DNA of 63,951 nucleotides, counting the filler, from Octopus bimaculoides (lineage: Eukaryota), in NCBI RefSeq assembly GCF_001194135.2. It is 6 parts of 6 records of this genome, joined end to end, with 100 filler letters (N's around TTAATTAATTAA, not from the genome) between each part and the next. Parts side by side here need not be neighbours in the genome. Positions count along the whole stretch, not along the records: positions 5,479 to 26,917 come from NC_068983.1; 5 more parts are not named here. One strand, 5' to 3'. The notes beneath the pieces were generated by a model. It saw only the letters and a program-made list of their open reading frames with translations. It did not search any database and had not been told where the DNA came from. The position numbers and the translations under genes were made by a program. Below are positions 13,262 through 27,017 of the stretch, piece by piece (position 1 is the first letter of the stretch; each line of letters starts with the position of its first letter).

Positions 13262-14468
13262 TGTTAAATTACTTTTATAATTTCACACAAATTCTGATCA
13301 TGTCAATTTCGGCTGTCCTTCTTCTGAAGTCAATAATATCAGTACCAAACAACATACTGGTGCTAATATAACCTACCAAAGCCTAATATAATCTACCAAA
13401 GTGGTACTCTAGGATTGGTCGCATTCCAACAGTTAAAACCAGTAAAAACTGAAAAGAATTTTATGCACACAATTTATCACTAACTGGTTACTGTTGGATC
13501 AATAAAATGTTGATGCATATCACTTCACCAAATCATATTTCTAACACAGTGTGGTAAAGTGACTAATAACACTTTGCTAGCCAAATGTTAAAAATTTTAC
13601 TTCACACACTAATTCAAGTTCCGACCAAAGTGGATCTCATCACTCAGTTTTCCATAAAGAGGTAAGATCTGCTGAGGTTGAATGGTTCTTGTGTTCACCA
13701 AGCTGTTTACCTATATCTAACCTTTCTTGAAATTATTGTTCTGGCTCAATGCTAATAAAAGTTTTATTCAAGTAAAAACCAGATATTCCAGTAGTAGAGG
13801 AAACGAGCCTGCTACATGAACTGTGATACTTGTAGCAAATATTCTTCTGTTTCATTTACCAAATTTTGTATGGAATACATAAGTACAGAATCAACTTCAA
13901 TATACATTACACTGAACAAACATATTTTAACAAATATAGGTTGATGCAAAACAAGTCAGTCTCAGCAAGATTCTAACTTAGAATAATAAGGCAGCAAGCA
14001 AACAAGATGCATAAACACCAAGAATGTCACCATCCTAATGATATCATAACATACACACACATGAAAAGCGAAGGTATTTCAGTTCAGACAAAATCACTCT
14101 ATGATCACTGGACATCATCTGATGACATCAATTTCTCCTGGTCAAAGTTACATTCATCTTTGGTGAATGAAGGAAGTAAAAAGGTAAAGGCAACCCTTGG
14201 ACATTGTTGTTCCAAGTTCTAGAATATAAGCAAGAAAGAGCACAACACTTTCCATGAACAAGATGCCAGTCTGTCGCAAGGTTACTCATTTACAACTGAG
14301 TAGACTGAGCAAATGTGAAGTGTTTTGATCAAGAAAATGACACATTGCCTGGTCTTATATNNNNNNNNNNNNNNNNNNNNNNNNNNNNNNNNNNNNNNNN
14401 NNNNNNNNNNNNNNNNNNNNNNNNNNNNNNNNNNNNNNNNNNNNNNNNNNNNNNNNNNNNTATATATC

Positions 14469-14798
14469 CAAACTGAGGGAAAGGGGCAGATAAAATCCAG
14501 GCTACATATGTTTCCTAGCTAGCAGAACCTTGGAAGTAATAATTACTCAACAAGGGGTATCTACTAGCCACTCAGTAGGACTAAGATACCTAATACCTAA
14601 GTTAAATGAAGGTTATATTGTCACCAAGGGGTACCAAGTTAACTCACACGAAATTTGATCGTAAAATTTAACAACAGTATCTTCAGCCTGATGAGTAGCC
14701 AGCGGAGTATCCCTTATTGAGTAATTATTATTTCTGAGATTCTGCTAGCAAGGAAACATACATAGCTTGGATTTTATCTGCTCCTTTCCCACAATTTG
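14469..14798. repeat. Imperfect fold-back (arms about 130 and 120 bp) in an FBXL20 intron
   Basis: gggaaaggggcagataaaatccaggctacatatgtttcctagctagcagaa..taataattactcaa is mirrored by 14678-14798. Confidence 0.85.
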
Positions 14799-15950
14799 TA
14801 TTGTTATTTGTATACACAGCATCCCTAGTTGCTAATCGTGAACTATAGAATAACTTTTTTCAGCTTAATGAATTTTGACATGAGAAAAATTTACAACTCT
14901 CTATGCCAATAAACTACCATTGTTCCTGAAAGTTTTCTTTTATACCTTCTACTGACTGCTCGAAGCTTATTAACTTCCTACACCTGGATCATTGGATCTT
15001 ACATTTAGAATTCATTATATACATATATACACACACACACACAATCTATATAAATATGCCAACATGTAGACACACACAACATTTGTATATATGAAAATAT
15101 ATTCATATTGTTGCTATTATGTTAAACTGTTGTATGTCCAAATTTGACCAAATGCATTTTTTTTTTTTTTTTGCAATATTTAATTTTGCTTGCAATAACC
15201 AGTTCTTTTGGTCAAACTATCATATCTTCAGCTGCTTCAGATGAAAGTTGTCAAAGTGTAGTACAATGGTTTAGCATTTTTCAAAAGTGTAATAAGTCCC
15301 ACATACGACAGTTTTGCAAAAATATTTCTGAAAACATCATACATGCATGGAGTTACAATTTTATGCACCCAACGAAGTCTTAAGCAGAAACTGTTGCTAA
15401 TGTAAAAAGAAATGGAATGGTGAAACTATTTTTTCATTTTCTGAAAAAGCAACGTTTTGGACTTATGACACTTCTGTATAATAGCAACGATGTGCACTTA
15501 TGCACATTTACATTTTAATCTAATTATTGATAGGATTAAGTAATCTTATTTGGAGTGGCCTTGTTTTCATTGTTTTATATCCAATAGTATGTGATATATG
15601 AATGCTGTACAAAGCACGAGTGGAAGCCATGAGTTTTCTAAGACAGTGAAACACATTGATAAGTTGTGTTGTGGGTGCATGAGAGTGTGTGTGTGAGAGA
15701 GGGAGTATAAAAAGAGGTCTTTTGATACACCCAAAGTGGTTGAATCAGTCTATTACTCCTCTAAGCTTCCTACTTCTGTATTTGATATTATCCCATGGAA
15801 AACTTCAAGTACTGACACAGTGCCTCATCAGTTTTGATTGAACATGTGTGCGTTTGTAGACAAATCAATAGAGACAAACAGAGACAGATAAATGGAGAAA
15901 GACAGACAGAGACAGATCAATAAAAAGGTACTTTAACAGGTAATACTTAC

Positions 15951-16019
15951 AGGTCTGTGATCTTTTTACAGTTATTCAAATTTAATTCTTCTATATTTCT
16001 GCACTGCTGTGAGAATTTC
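15951..16019 (-). CDS. FBXL20: FBXL20-like exon (69 nt): (M)KFSQQCRNIEELNLNNCKKITD(L)
   Basis: tatag| ... |gtaagt; phase 2 to 2 joins the previous exon in frame; LRR matches FAQNCRNIEVLNLNGCTK. Confidence 0.93.
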
Positions 16020-16752
16020 CTATAAAATAATAACATAGATACTTAAAATTCATTTCCAATAATATAAACAAAGATGTTTAAGGATCACTGGCAATGAAGA
16101 TACTGAGCAGATTATCAATTAAACAATACCGCTTTCTTACAGTGCTGAAGATGTGAACACAATTATGTGGCGTTGATGACTTATCTAAAAGCATTAACAG
16201 AATTAACTTACAAACTATATAACTGTTACAAAATTTCCTTCTTGTTCTAGACCATAATTTGTGAAATTGGCAAAAGGTTTCCATATTGACAGTGGACACA
16301 AAATGAGACTGTGAGACATTCTTGCCTGCGCCTATTCCTGGAACATTATCAATTTCAATGAAATGAAATGATTACAAGCAATCAAAACCAAACTAAGTTA
16401 ATTGCCAGCCACTTCTCTATATATACTGCACCTTGACAATTGTGTCTACCAAACTTTCTTTACGCAATACATATGAACACATTTAATAGCCTGTGGGAGC
16501 TATGAAATGATCATTCAAACTACTAGAAATAACAACCAAATGTCCCTAACTACACATTATCATCTAAAAGAATATACTGGAAAATATAGTCTGATATACA
16601 AAAAAATGGGATTATCACAGTTGGAATGGCTTCAAGTATATCCTATCGATCAGTGCCTATGTGAGGTTCAACAATGGCACACTTGTTATTTAGTCATTCA
16701 AACTTAGTAAACTATTTAGCAGTTGACAGAAAGGACAGTATTATGATACGCA

Positions 16753-18271
16753 TACGAAAAGTGTTTCAAAATATTTGAGCCCAAAATACTTAATGACATA
16801 ACAGCAAAACAAGAATACTTGTATTTCATTTTTATTTTTTTATTTTTCAAAAATCATACTATCAACTTCAATACATTTTCATATCAATTACTGGTTACTA
16901 AATACCATCTAAATGGAACAATTTGTCCTTCTCAGCCAGCTACTGTTCTGTAGCTAATAGGAGTTCTTCTTTGAAGAACTAACTGTCCATCGAATAGTGT
17001 TTTAAATTGGGGGAAACAAGTAAAAATCACAAAGAGCATGTTCTAGAGAACAGGCTGAGAGGGGCAGCACTTCAAAACTACATTCACACCCAAGCTGTGC
17101 AAACTGGTGCAGGGTTGTGAGGGAAAGCACTCCACATTCCGACATCATCATCATCATTTAATGTCCACTTTTTCCATGATTGCATAGGTTGGATGGAGTT
17201 TATTTGAAGCAAATTTTCTACTATCACATATTCATCCTGTTGCCAACCCTCACCTGTTTCCAAGCAAGGTAAGATTATCCTCATGGCTAGACAAGTTCTT
17301 ACAGAATATTGGAAATGAATGAGACTGATTGTATGAGTGATGCTCATTTACAATTATCACATGATGTCAAGACAAGGAGGAGACACAAACACACACACAC
17401 AACAGGCTTCCACAGTTTCTGTCTATCATATCCACTCATAAGGCCTTGGTTAGCTCAGAGCCATAGTAGAAGATACATGCTTGTACCTCTTAATACAATC
17501 TCATAGCTACCATAGCAAATCAGCATAATAGGCACCTGTGACAGCATGTATTCAACTGACATTACACCCTTAAAGTCATAAAAGATGATTGTGCATATAG
17601 TCTTAACTGCACTTGGTTGATTTTTTAATTTCTTGAGTAGTGGAGAATCTTTGTGCTTCCACTGTTGGTATTGTTCTTTTGTCTTTGGATTGTAATAGTG
17701 GATCCACATATCTCCAGCTATTTATCACTGCTCAAACAGATCCAGGCTTTCATTAATAAGCATGGGATTTTTCACAAACACTCTGCTGCCCTTCAGATTT
17801 TCAACCAGCATTCTTGGTACCCAACAAGTAGACTCTTCAACATGTTCAAACATTCATGAATGATTTGATCAACTTCTGCCAAACCAGTTCACAGAGTATG
17901 ATGAATCTTGTATAAAGCCACTCATTGATCCAAAGTCACTCAACAGCAATGATATTTTCCTCAATAGTTCATCTTCAAAAGACCTCCTCTCTTGATGACA
18001 TACTCAGCAGCCCAACATCTGACCATTCCAAATGAATGATAGTCTTCAATGTACTCATTTTGCATGCAATCATAGATTTCCTGTAGTACAATTCAATAAC
18101 AGCACAACAATTCCTGATCCCAACTGCTTCAATTTTTTATTGCTTCTGAAATGTAAATCACAATACATATATAAACAAAATATTATAATACAAAAATCAA
18201 ATTCAGCAATCATTTGAAATTACTATCAAAGAGAACACAGTTAGGCTCAAAAGTTTTGAACACCCCTTGTA
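16753..18271 (-). mobile_element. Decayed full-length mariner with both TIRs, interrupted by a SINE (about 17135-17480)
   Basis: Left TAcgaaaagtgtttcaaaatatttgagcc and right ggctcaaaagttttgaacaccccttgTA; minus-strand WVPRML and WIHYYNPKTKEQYQQWKH..PSAVK remnants. Confidence 0.8.
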
Positions 18272-19295
18272 TTTTATCATCACCATTGCTTTTTAAATCT
18301 GATTTTTCCATACTGGCATGGATTGCACAAAATATACTGAAGCAATACTCTTTGGTTGAATGCCCTTCCTGTTGTTAACACTTGCCTGTTTTACAAGTTT
18401 TGTCTTTTTTTCTTTTTATTCCACTGACCTTTACACATTGAAACCAGAAGTAATAAAACAAATACAGCAAGAGTGTATTATTTACAGTAAACATAAATAT
18501 AATTTCACTGTTGCCAGCAGTGTTAATGTGAAGAAACTTGCAAATAAGCATTTTCACATGCACGCACACACAATGATGTACAATGATCTACCAACTGCAT
18601 TCACAAGGCAGTTCAAAACTACAAGTGGCACTTACCTGAAGTGCTAAGTAGTGGGCATGAGGCCTAAAACCACAATTACAAAGCAAATTTCCTTGTCTCT
18701 CTCTCTCTCACACACACACACACAGAGAAGTAGGTTACATGATAAATGAGTCTATTAACCCATGAACATTAATGAATTCACATATCAATACTAGATTTAG
18801 GTGGCGGAAATATAAATATAAATCCACTTTTACACTGATACAGATTCAAATAAAATGGTAGAAAAATACCCATGGGATATTCTCCACACATGAAAGATAC
18901 ATTAAATACAAACTCAAGACTCATTAATGTACTCCAATAGTTTACTCCTTAAAACCAATTTGTGTGTGTGCACACACACACACACACACACACAAGCATT
19001 TAGATCCTTCACAAATAAACCACTACATAAAGAACTCTACAAGCAATCACTAAAGAGGACATAGATAAACTAACAGATCATGTGACATATATATATATAT
19101 ATAAAACGGGTATAAAGAAATGCGATAAATACATCAGACATTACAACTATTGAAAATGCACCAATGACATCATATAGTGCATTATAGGAATCAAATGAAT
19201 GCTAACTAGAGAATAGATGGAATGTATTATCAAAAACTTTGTAAATGTATCACACTTATAAACCACAAGCCACCACTAATAATATATTAAATAAT

Positions 19296-19540
19296 GCGCC
19301 CTTTTAAAGCCTAGCCAAGCTCATGAGCCCCATTTCCCGGTTTCAATGGCGTATGTGTTCCCCAGCTGGACGGGACACCAGTCCATCGCAGCATTACTCA
19401 TTTTTGCCAGCTGAGTGGACTGGACCAACATGAAATGAAGTGTTTTGCTCAAGAACACAACGCGTCGTCCAGTCCAGGAATCAAAACCACAATCTTACCA
19501 TCATGGTGCTGACACCCTAACCACTAAGGCACGCGCCTCC
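19296..19540 (-). mobile_element. SINE family D (tRNA head, gtgttcttgagcaaaacactt, gatggactggtgtcccgtccag)
   Basis: Head GGAGGCGCGTGCCTTAGTGGTTAGGG and B-box-like GTTTTGATTCC; related copies near 14250-14340, 20935-21000 and 53440-53600. Confidence 0.7.
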
Positions 19541-20647
19541 ACTAATAAATTACAAAAATACTAAAACTAAAAGTTTCTCATCATTAATAAACCAATACCA
19601 CAAAAAAAAAAAAAAAAAAAAAAACATGGCCAGTGCACTCTGAAAAGTGGTTAGTGTAAGAAAGGGCATCCAACCATAAAAACAATACCAAAATGAGATA
19701 TTGGTGGGGGAAAATGGTTCTGATATATCGAAAGCTATAGTGAACCATTCTAGCCATGCCAGCATAGAAAGCAGATATAAATGATAATGATGCTGGTAAT
19801 GATGATGAAAATGACAACGCTTGTAAGCCAAAAAACACAGTATGAATGGCCAATATGATTTTAAAATTTGATTCCAAATATTAAAGTAGTAAACCAGATG
19901 ACCTCCACTGTTAAAGTGGCCATAGAGGTCAGACCAAGAAAGTCCTGCTACTGGTGCCATGTGACCCAATACTACCAGGTGGTCGGAGACTAAACTGGCT
20001 CCCCCCACCTGGTTTGTCATGTGAGGAGGGTGTTGTGGATACTTTGCAGGACTAAAAACAAGGCACAAAGGACAGTGGAGCTAATTTGTGAGCCAAAGGC
20101 CATCCACACAAGTGGTGTCTAGTAAAAACATCATGTAAGTGGGCTAGTAAACTGTACAGCTGGCTTAAGACCATAGCCACAATAACTCCAATGGAAAACA
20201 TACTATGCGCTTGAGCTGGAGTCAGTGTCCACAAATGATGTGGTGTAGAATGAGAGGTAATTGCCACACAAATATAATACTTCCTGCCAGCTGACCATAC
20301 AATTGCAACCAAGAATAACCATAATGCACTACATCTCACAAAAGAAAATTAGGTAGGAAAATATTAGTAAACAGCACATCTATCCTATGTAAATTCTCCA
20401 CAAAATTAAATGATTAATGATGGAAGTAATACTCTTTGCACAACAGGATAAGCATAGCCATCACTCACAACCATGTATGACTTGGAAAGATGTTCCACAC
20501 TTTCACTTATTTTTTAACATGCCTATGTTGATTGTGAGCCTTTTGACCCTCCTATCCTTGGCTCAATGGAAAAAGAAAAATGTGACAACTGGAAGGACAG
20601 AGAGAAGTACCAGCACTACTCGAGAAGCTGAGGAAACTGGAGCTACA

Positions 20648-20936
20648 TTAACCCTTTTGATATCAACCTGCCTGAGACTGCTTTTGGTTCTTTGATATCA
20701 ACATCCTGTTTTTAAAGTGGTCTAAATTAAAAGCTGTTATCAAAATTTCGTGTTAATTTATGTTCCACACTCCAGTTTGATAATGACAAAGATATTTTAC
20801 TAAATTCTTCATTAAAAGCTGTTATCAAAATTTTGTGTTAACAACAAAGTTATTCCACTAAATTCTTCATTATCTTTAGAATTAATAGAAATAAAGGCAG
20901 AATATTTCAACAGCAATATAGTAACAAAGTAATTAA
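20648..20936. mobile_element. Second copy of the TTAA MITE, with an internal duplication and a decayed right end
   Basis: Alignable by eye to 6071-6274; ctaaattcttcatta and aaagctgttatcaaaattt each occur twice. Confidence 0.7.
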
Positions 20937-23375
20937 ATGAAGTGCCTTACTCAAGGACACAACACACTACCTAATCCAGAAATCAAACCCATGATCATAT
21001 GATTGCAAACTATATACTATAATTATTAAAGCTATGTGCTTTCATTACACAACACAAATTCTAAAAATAAGCACAAGAGAGACAACCTACACTTATTACA
21101 AATAGAAATAAATATAAAAATTTCCCTGACTGATGATAAATAAAATTAAGAATCTAATCCCAGTGATAATGTCAAAACCAATTTTACTGGCCCTACTGTG
21201 AAAACAGAAGAAACACATTCCAAACCAATTCCAATGGATCCATAAAAATATGAACAACACCTTAAAGAGAAGTAAACCTATGACAGATGTGTTTTTAATA
21301 TATGTGGGTATGAGCATACACACATACACCAATATATTAAATGCTAATAAGAAACAATTATCATCATCATTATCATCATCAATATCTTGATCACTGTTTT
21401 AGCCAAGAGCAGCTGTCAAAACTGAAAGAGCATTTCTGGCAGATTGTCACTAACAATGCCCAGTAGCTAGAGCTAATGCTTTCAGGATAGACTAAAAAAA
21501 AAGTTAAACACCCAAAGTACTGATCTGACTTTGACTTCATTAAGATTAACTGAAATTCCCATTCATTATCTTTATGAACAAGATCTCATCCCACTGACCT
21601 CATTCATCCAATTAGCATTCACCTTGGCAATGGATATTACACATGCGCAACGAAATACTAAGAGGGAAAATGAAAAGAAAAAAAAGCAAAGCTATCTTGT
21701 AGATAATCTGGTGAAGAGGAAAAAAAGAAATACATACAAAAAAGCAAGGATAATCTGGTAGTTTTGGTAAGGAGAGATTACCATTGATACATTAATAAGA
21801 GCAATATACTATTAATAAATACTGGAAAAAATAAATGATTGTAGGTGGAGACTAGCCTGGTAACCATGTGATCTACTGCAAGAAGTGAATCTGAATCAAT
21901 ATGTAAAATGACTACGCTACTGGTCATTAGACTTAATTGCTTATTAAGTGACCAAAAATCAATAATTGTCCATAACAGTAAGAATTTTTATAAAATTAGA
22001 GTTGGTGATAGGGAGAATTCAGTTTCAGCTATTATCACTGCTGTTAATCTCTAATTTTATCAGATGAGCTATGTTATTCTTCTTCCCCTCTTCCCCCCTT
22101 TTCCTTTTTTCTTATCTCACACCCTTTCACTTCAAATTAAATTAGGATAGATTAACAGACTGATTAATGTAAAGAGCTAAACTTTAACTATGTTATTTCC
22201 AAAAGAACTTTCAGATGTCTGGAGAGATATAGAAGAGTATGTAGGCTAAGGTTAATCTCTGCTGTTGATTATTGCAGTAATGACAAACGAAAGTAGATTT
22301 CACACTAGCCATGATGTCAACTCATAAAGAGTATATTAATGCCATATCACTCAAAACATTGATCCAGTGAGAGAAGAAAAGTTTCCTATCATGTACCTGC
22401 AAATAAAACTTTATCATTATGTTTGAATTAATTTTTCTCTCTTGTGTTCTGGCAACACAGATATATAATCATTAATTCAATATCCTACTTTTAGTCCAAA
22501 TTCATAGAGTAATGAAAATGTTTGTATTAGCTACCCACAGATATGAATCATTGTCATGGTCAGTTTAATCTGAAATTCCAATCTGGTGTTCTTGAAATAC
22601 ACACAAATGGTTTTCCTAATGACTTACATTTCATCAGATAATACACATTTTAAAACCCTGACACGACTATAACTTAGTGCATTCAGAATAAGTAACTATT
22701 TGTATCAGTATTAATATTTACTTTGCAGACTTAGCCTATCTTTTAGTTGAATCTGCATCTGAAAAGGATTGCTATCTATCAAGGTACAGTGACTAATATC
22801 ATTCATTTAAAAGATTAAATTTGTGGCAGTATTTTTCAAATAAAATGCCACAGCATTCCAAGAGTACCATTAAGAGTACCTGAGACAACATGAGCAATAT
22901 AATATTGTCAGTTTAAAACAAAATTAAATTGTAAGAGAGGGAGTTGGCAACAAACTGAAAACCACTTTTCTTTAAAACATAGATACATTATAAAATAATG
23001 CTTGTATATCAGCTTCTACAACTTTTCTATTCTTAAGAAAGCACAGGGCTCTGAGACATCCAATTAAGTACTTGACTCTACTTTAGTAGGAAAAAAATTG
23101 CTTCTTTGTGAAGACACTGAACTAATTTCTAATTAATCAAAGAAATAAAAAAAAAATAGTGTGTTTAAACATATATCTATTTTGTTCCCTACTATTTAGC
23201 AATATGAACTAGTGTATCGCAAAAAGTTTTCCATTACAGAAATGGAAAATGACGAGAATGGTGAAGATAAATACATCCAAAGCTGTGTGGTAAAACTTAT
23301 TAATTGTATCAAAATTGTATCAAAGAGCAATAAAGTAATAACAGAGAGAGTTAATTAGTAAATTCAAATACTCAC

Positions 23376-23470
23376 ATTAAAGCACCATCTGTTATACTCT
23401 GACATCCTCTCAGACTCAAAGATTTTAAAAACCCACCACATCGTTTAGAAATATGTTCAACAACTGGACC
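23376..23470 (-). CDS. FBXL20: FBXL2/FBXL20-type F-box/LRR protein, internal exon (95 nt): GPVVEHISKRCGGFLKSLSLRGCQSITDGAL
   Basis: Manual translation between ttccag| and |gtgagt; closely matches the vertebrate FBXL20/FBXL2 segment GRVVENISKRCGGFLRKLSLRGC; phase 0 to 2. Confidence 0.93.
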
Positions 23471-24070
23471 CTGGAATTAGAATAATGAAACATTTTAAAA
23501 CACTAATAGATCAATATGTATGTGTAGGTGCAATACAGCCAAATGGTTAAGAAGTTTGCTTCACAACCGTAAGGTCCCAGGTTCAACCCCATTGTGCAGT
23601 ATATTGGGCAAATGTCATTTACTATATGATAGTCTTGAGCTGACCCATATCTTGGGAGTGAAACTGAGTAGGTGGAAACTGTATAGAAGCTCACTGGGGG
23701 TATGGTGTAGTGAACCTTTAATTCAAAAATGTACAGCCTTGTGTTATGGTGATTCCACTTGAGAATTACTTTGAGTACACAGGTCTGTGGAATGCTTGAC
23801 CAGTTATATGTTAATTCAGGAGCCTGTAATTTAGTTGACCAAACAAATGAATCCTCACAGTTGAAGGGCAGAGCTCCACCATCACCACCACCTCTCCATA
23901 TGTTTGTAAGCATGTGTTTGTGAATCTACAAACAAGGGGAGGAAAAAACCTTGCAGAAAGTAACCATTTTAAAGTTTTATCAGTTACACACACACTCCAA
24001 ACACCAAAAAGTATTTTATGCACTGATTTCTTTTACAGCCACCTTCTTATCAATCTGTGTGTGTGTGTGT

Positions 24071-24111
<41 letters not shown>

Positions 24112-25835
24112 AAGAGAGAGAGAGAGAGAGGAAGAGAGAGAGAGAGGAAGAGAGAGAGAGGAAGAGAGAGAGAGAGAGAGAGAGAGTGTGTGTGCGTGTA
24201 TGTGTCCATGTATGCATACATTCACCACATGCATGCATGAGCACGTGATGAGAAAAAAAATGCTCAGGGGTCCTATCTACTTCTTGATCCCCTGTGAAGA
24301 GTGAGTGTGTTTGCTAATTATAATAAAACACAAATTAACAATAAATACAATTAAAAGAGCCACTGAGATTGTCTAAAATGTCTTTTAGAATTTATAACCA
24401 TTATAAACAACTTCCCTTTGTCTTTCATATTTTAAAACTTTCATGAACATCTTGGACACAGGTATTTTCTCAGTGTACCTTGTCACACTGTTTTCACTAA
24501 TCATATAAAATAATTATTTCTATTGATTAAAAGTACAATACAATAATACTTGTGATAAGAGTTTTGAGCTAAGGCCTTTCACAAATATCAAAAATACCTT
24601 TGCCAAAAGATGTTAGAAAGTGATAATTTGTTTTGTAGTATGTAAGACAATTTCAAAAAAAAGAAATTTTGTCTTATCACATAAAGAAAGAGACTCGGAG
24701 AAAAAAGAAACTTAATTTAAAAATTAATAATATAGAAAGTTAAATGTGCTTAGGAGTTAAAAGACATTATGCAGCAAAGGTTACTATTGAAAAAAACGGT
24801 AGTAATAACAACAGCTAAATGTATTGAGAGTAAAAGAGTAGCATACTGATGAGACAGTGTAGATAAGAACATCTAAGTAGAATGATTAAGAAAAAAAAAA
24901 TATCACATACACCTAAGTAACATGAATGTGCATTTGGTTAGGAGAAAACTCCATTGTGAAAAACTGATATTAAACCACTGAAAATACGTAACAGTAATCC
25001 TTTTACTACTGACAAAACTAATCAATTCAACATCAAGTATAAGAACGGAAAACATTTGTTCTCATCTACTCATCATCTTCGTTCTTTCCTCCAACTACTT
25101 GGGCTGTCATCAGTAATTAGGTTTGTTCTCTCCTTAAATGGTGTCTTGCTTCTCTACATTCATTTGCTGTTTACTTGTATGTATATGCCTGTACAGCTGT
25201 ATGCTTAAGATGCTCGTATACCAATCATGCATGGAACACCTTAGGCAAATGTCTTCTACAAAAGCCCTGGGCCAACCAAAGTCTTATGAGCTGAGGTGGT
25301 AGACAGAAAATGCAACAAGCTTGTGTCATGCATGCCTGTATGCACCTCTTCATTTTGACATCATGTGATAGTTGTAAACAAGTGTCACCATTTTACGAGT
25401 GGTGCCATTCATTTCCAATCTTCTGCAAAAATATGTCTGATGTCATAGAGAAATATTACCTAACTTGGAATCAGGTGAGAGTTGATGACAGAAAAGACAT
25501 CTAATTACAGAAAATCTGCCTCAACAAACTCTGTCTGACCCATGCAATCATGAAAAAAATGGAGGTAATGGTGGTGGTGGTGGTGGTGATGATAGCAGCA
25601 GCAGTGGCAGTGCCAGTGGTAGTGATCTATGGAGCCATGGTTTTTTTTTTATATCTCTCACTCTTAGAAACAAGATTCCATGCCATTGATATTGTGAGAA
25701 AGACAATATTAGCAGTTTCAGAATGAAAAGAATTGCTATCTTTTCAGTCATATGACCTTATGATGGTCAAACCTCATCAAATCAACAATGGGAAGGAAAT
25801 TACATGGACCATAATACCATTATATATGAATCTCC

Positions 25836-26255
25836 TTACTCTTTTACTCTTTTACTTGTTTCAGTCATGTGACTGTGGCCATGCTGGAACACAACCTTTA
25901 GTTGAGCAAATCGACTCCAGGACTTATTCTTTGTAAGCCTAGTACTTATTCTATCAGTCTCTTTTACCGAACCGCTAAATTACAGGGACATAAACACACC
26001 AGCATCAGTTGCCAAACAATGTTGGGGGGACAAAGACAGACACACAAACATATACACACACACATATATATATACATATACATATATATACGACGGGCTT
26101 CTTTCAGTTTCCGTCTACCAAATCCACTCACAAGGCTTTGATCGGCCCGAGGCTATAGTAGAAGACACTTGCCCAAGGTGCCACGCAGTGCGACTGAACA
26201 CGGAATCATGTGGTTCGTAAGCAAGTTACTTATCACACAGCCAATCCTATGCCTA
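25836..26255 (-). mobile_element. Full-length SINE family A copy
   Basis: Reverse complement of 56764-57142 throughout. Confidence 0.85.
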
Positions 26256-26417
26256 TAATTAGTTAAATATTACCTCAGGTACAGATATTTGCAAAGACTG
26301 AGTGACAAAATAATTTTTCTAATTTATCTATTTGTTAATAAGATTATAAAATTGTATTAAAAAAAGACATCCAATCAAAACAAAGTTAATAGTCAAAATT
26401 AACTTTATCTATCTATA

Positions 26418-26917
26418 TCTATACTATATATAAAACAGAGATGTGTGTGTAATCGCTTATCACGTGAAAACGGCTTCACTATTTACTTCCATACTTGTGA
26501 TGCAGGAATAATTTGACCTCGGATAAATCTTAGGCTCTTCATTTGATTTTTTTTATTAAGATAAATAATATTGCTTTATATTTAAGATTCATTTCTTTAA
26601 AAATGTTCCTCAATGTCAACTTCCGGTAGCCATAGTTTTTCCTTCACTTTAACTTCAATCGTTACTGTTTGCATTAAAAGTTTACTCACATTTACTGATG
26701 TAAGTAATTTCATCATTTACTAACAGAAGTACGGTTTCGTGTTTCCCTGTTGCTGAGGTTTTTTTTTTCTGGTACCTTCGATACTGGCTGTTTGGTTTAC
26801 TGAGTGACAAATTTCGCTTCAACCTCACTTTAACTTCAATCATTACTGTTCTCAATAAAAGTTTACGTTTTCAATCGCTAACAAGTTCACATTTACTGAT
26901 GTCAGTAATTTCATCAT
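26418..26917 (+). mobile_element. Non-autonomous Helitron-like element 5' end with internal direct repeats
   Basis: A|TCTATACTATATATAAAA start, then a GT microsatellite and ATCGCTTATCACGTGAAAACGGCT, resembling Lep1/DINE-type Helitron heads; repeats at 26641-26717 and 26823-26917; truncated by the spacer. Confidence 0.6.
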
Positions 26918-27017
26918 NNNNNNNNNNNNNNNNNNNNNNNNNNNNNNNNNNNNNNNNNNNNTTAATTAATTAANNNNNNNNNNNNNNNNNNNNNNNNNNN
27001 NNNNNNNNNNNNNNNNN
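26918..27017. other. Artificial spacer separating the FBXL20 and ALG12 segments
   Basis: Same structure; both genes lack their 5' exons on their own side of it. Confidence 0.95.

Noticed and set aside
14688-14720. CTGATGAG core-like heptamer
   Set aside because: No downstream GAAA; it is part of the fold-back arm.
16212-16337. Possible 126-nt cassette (poison) exon on the minus strand in FBXL20 (ttccag| ... |gtaagt)
   Set aside because: Weak pyrimidine tract, a stop in the required phase and no homology; such splice-like pairs arise by chance. It would need RNA-seq support.
19930-20640. Possible decayed LINE endonuclease fragment on the minus strand (TINIGML..CCVQE-like)
   Set aside because: Too degenerate to support without a profile search.
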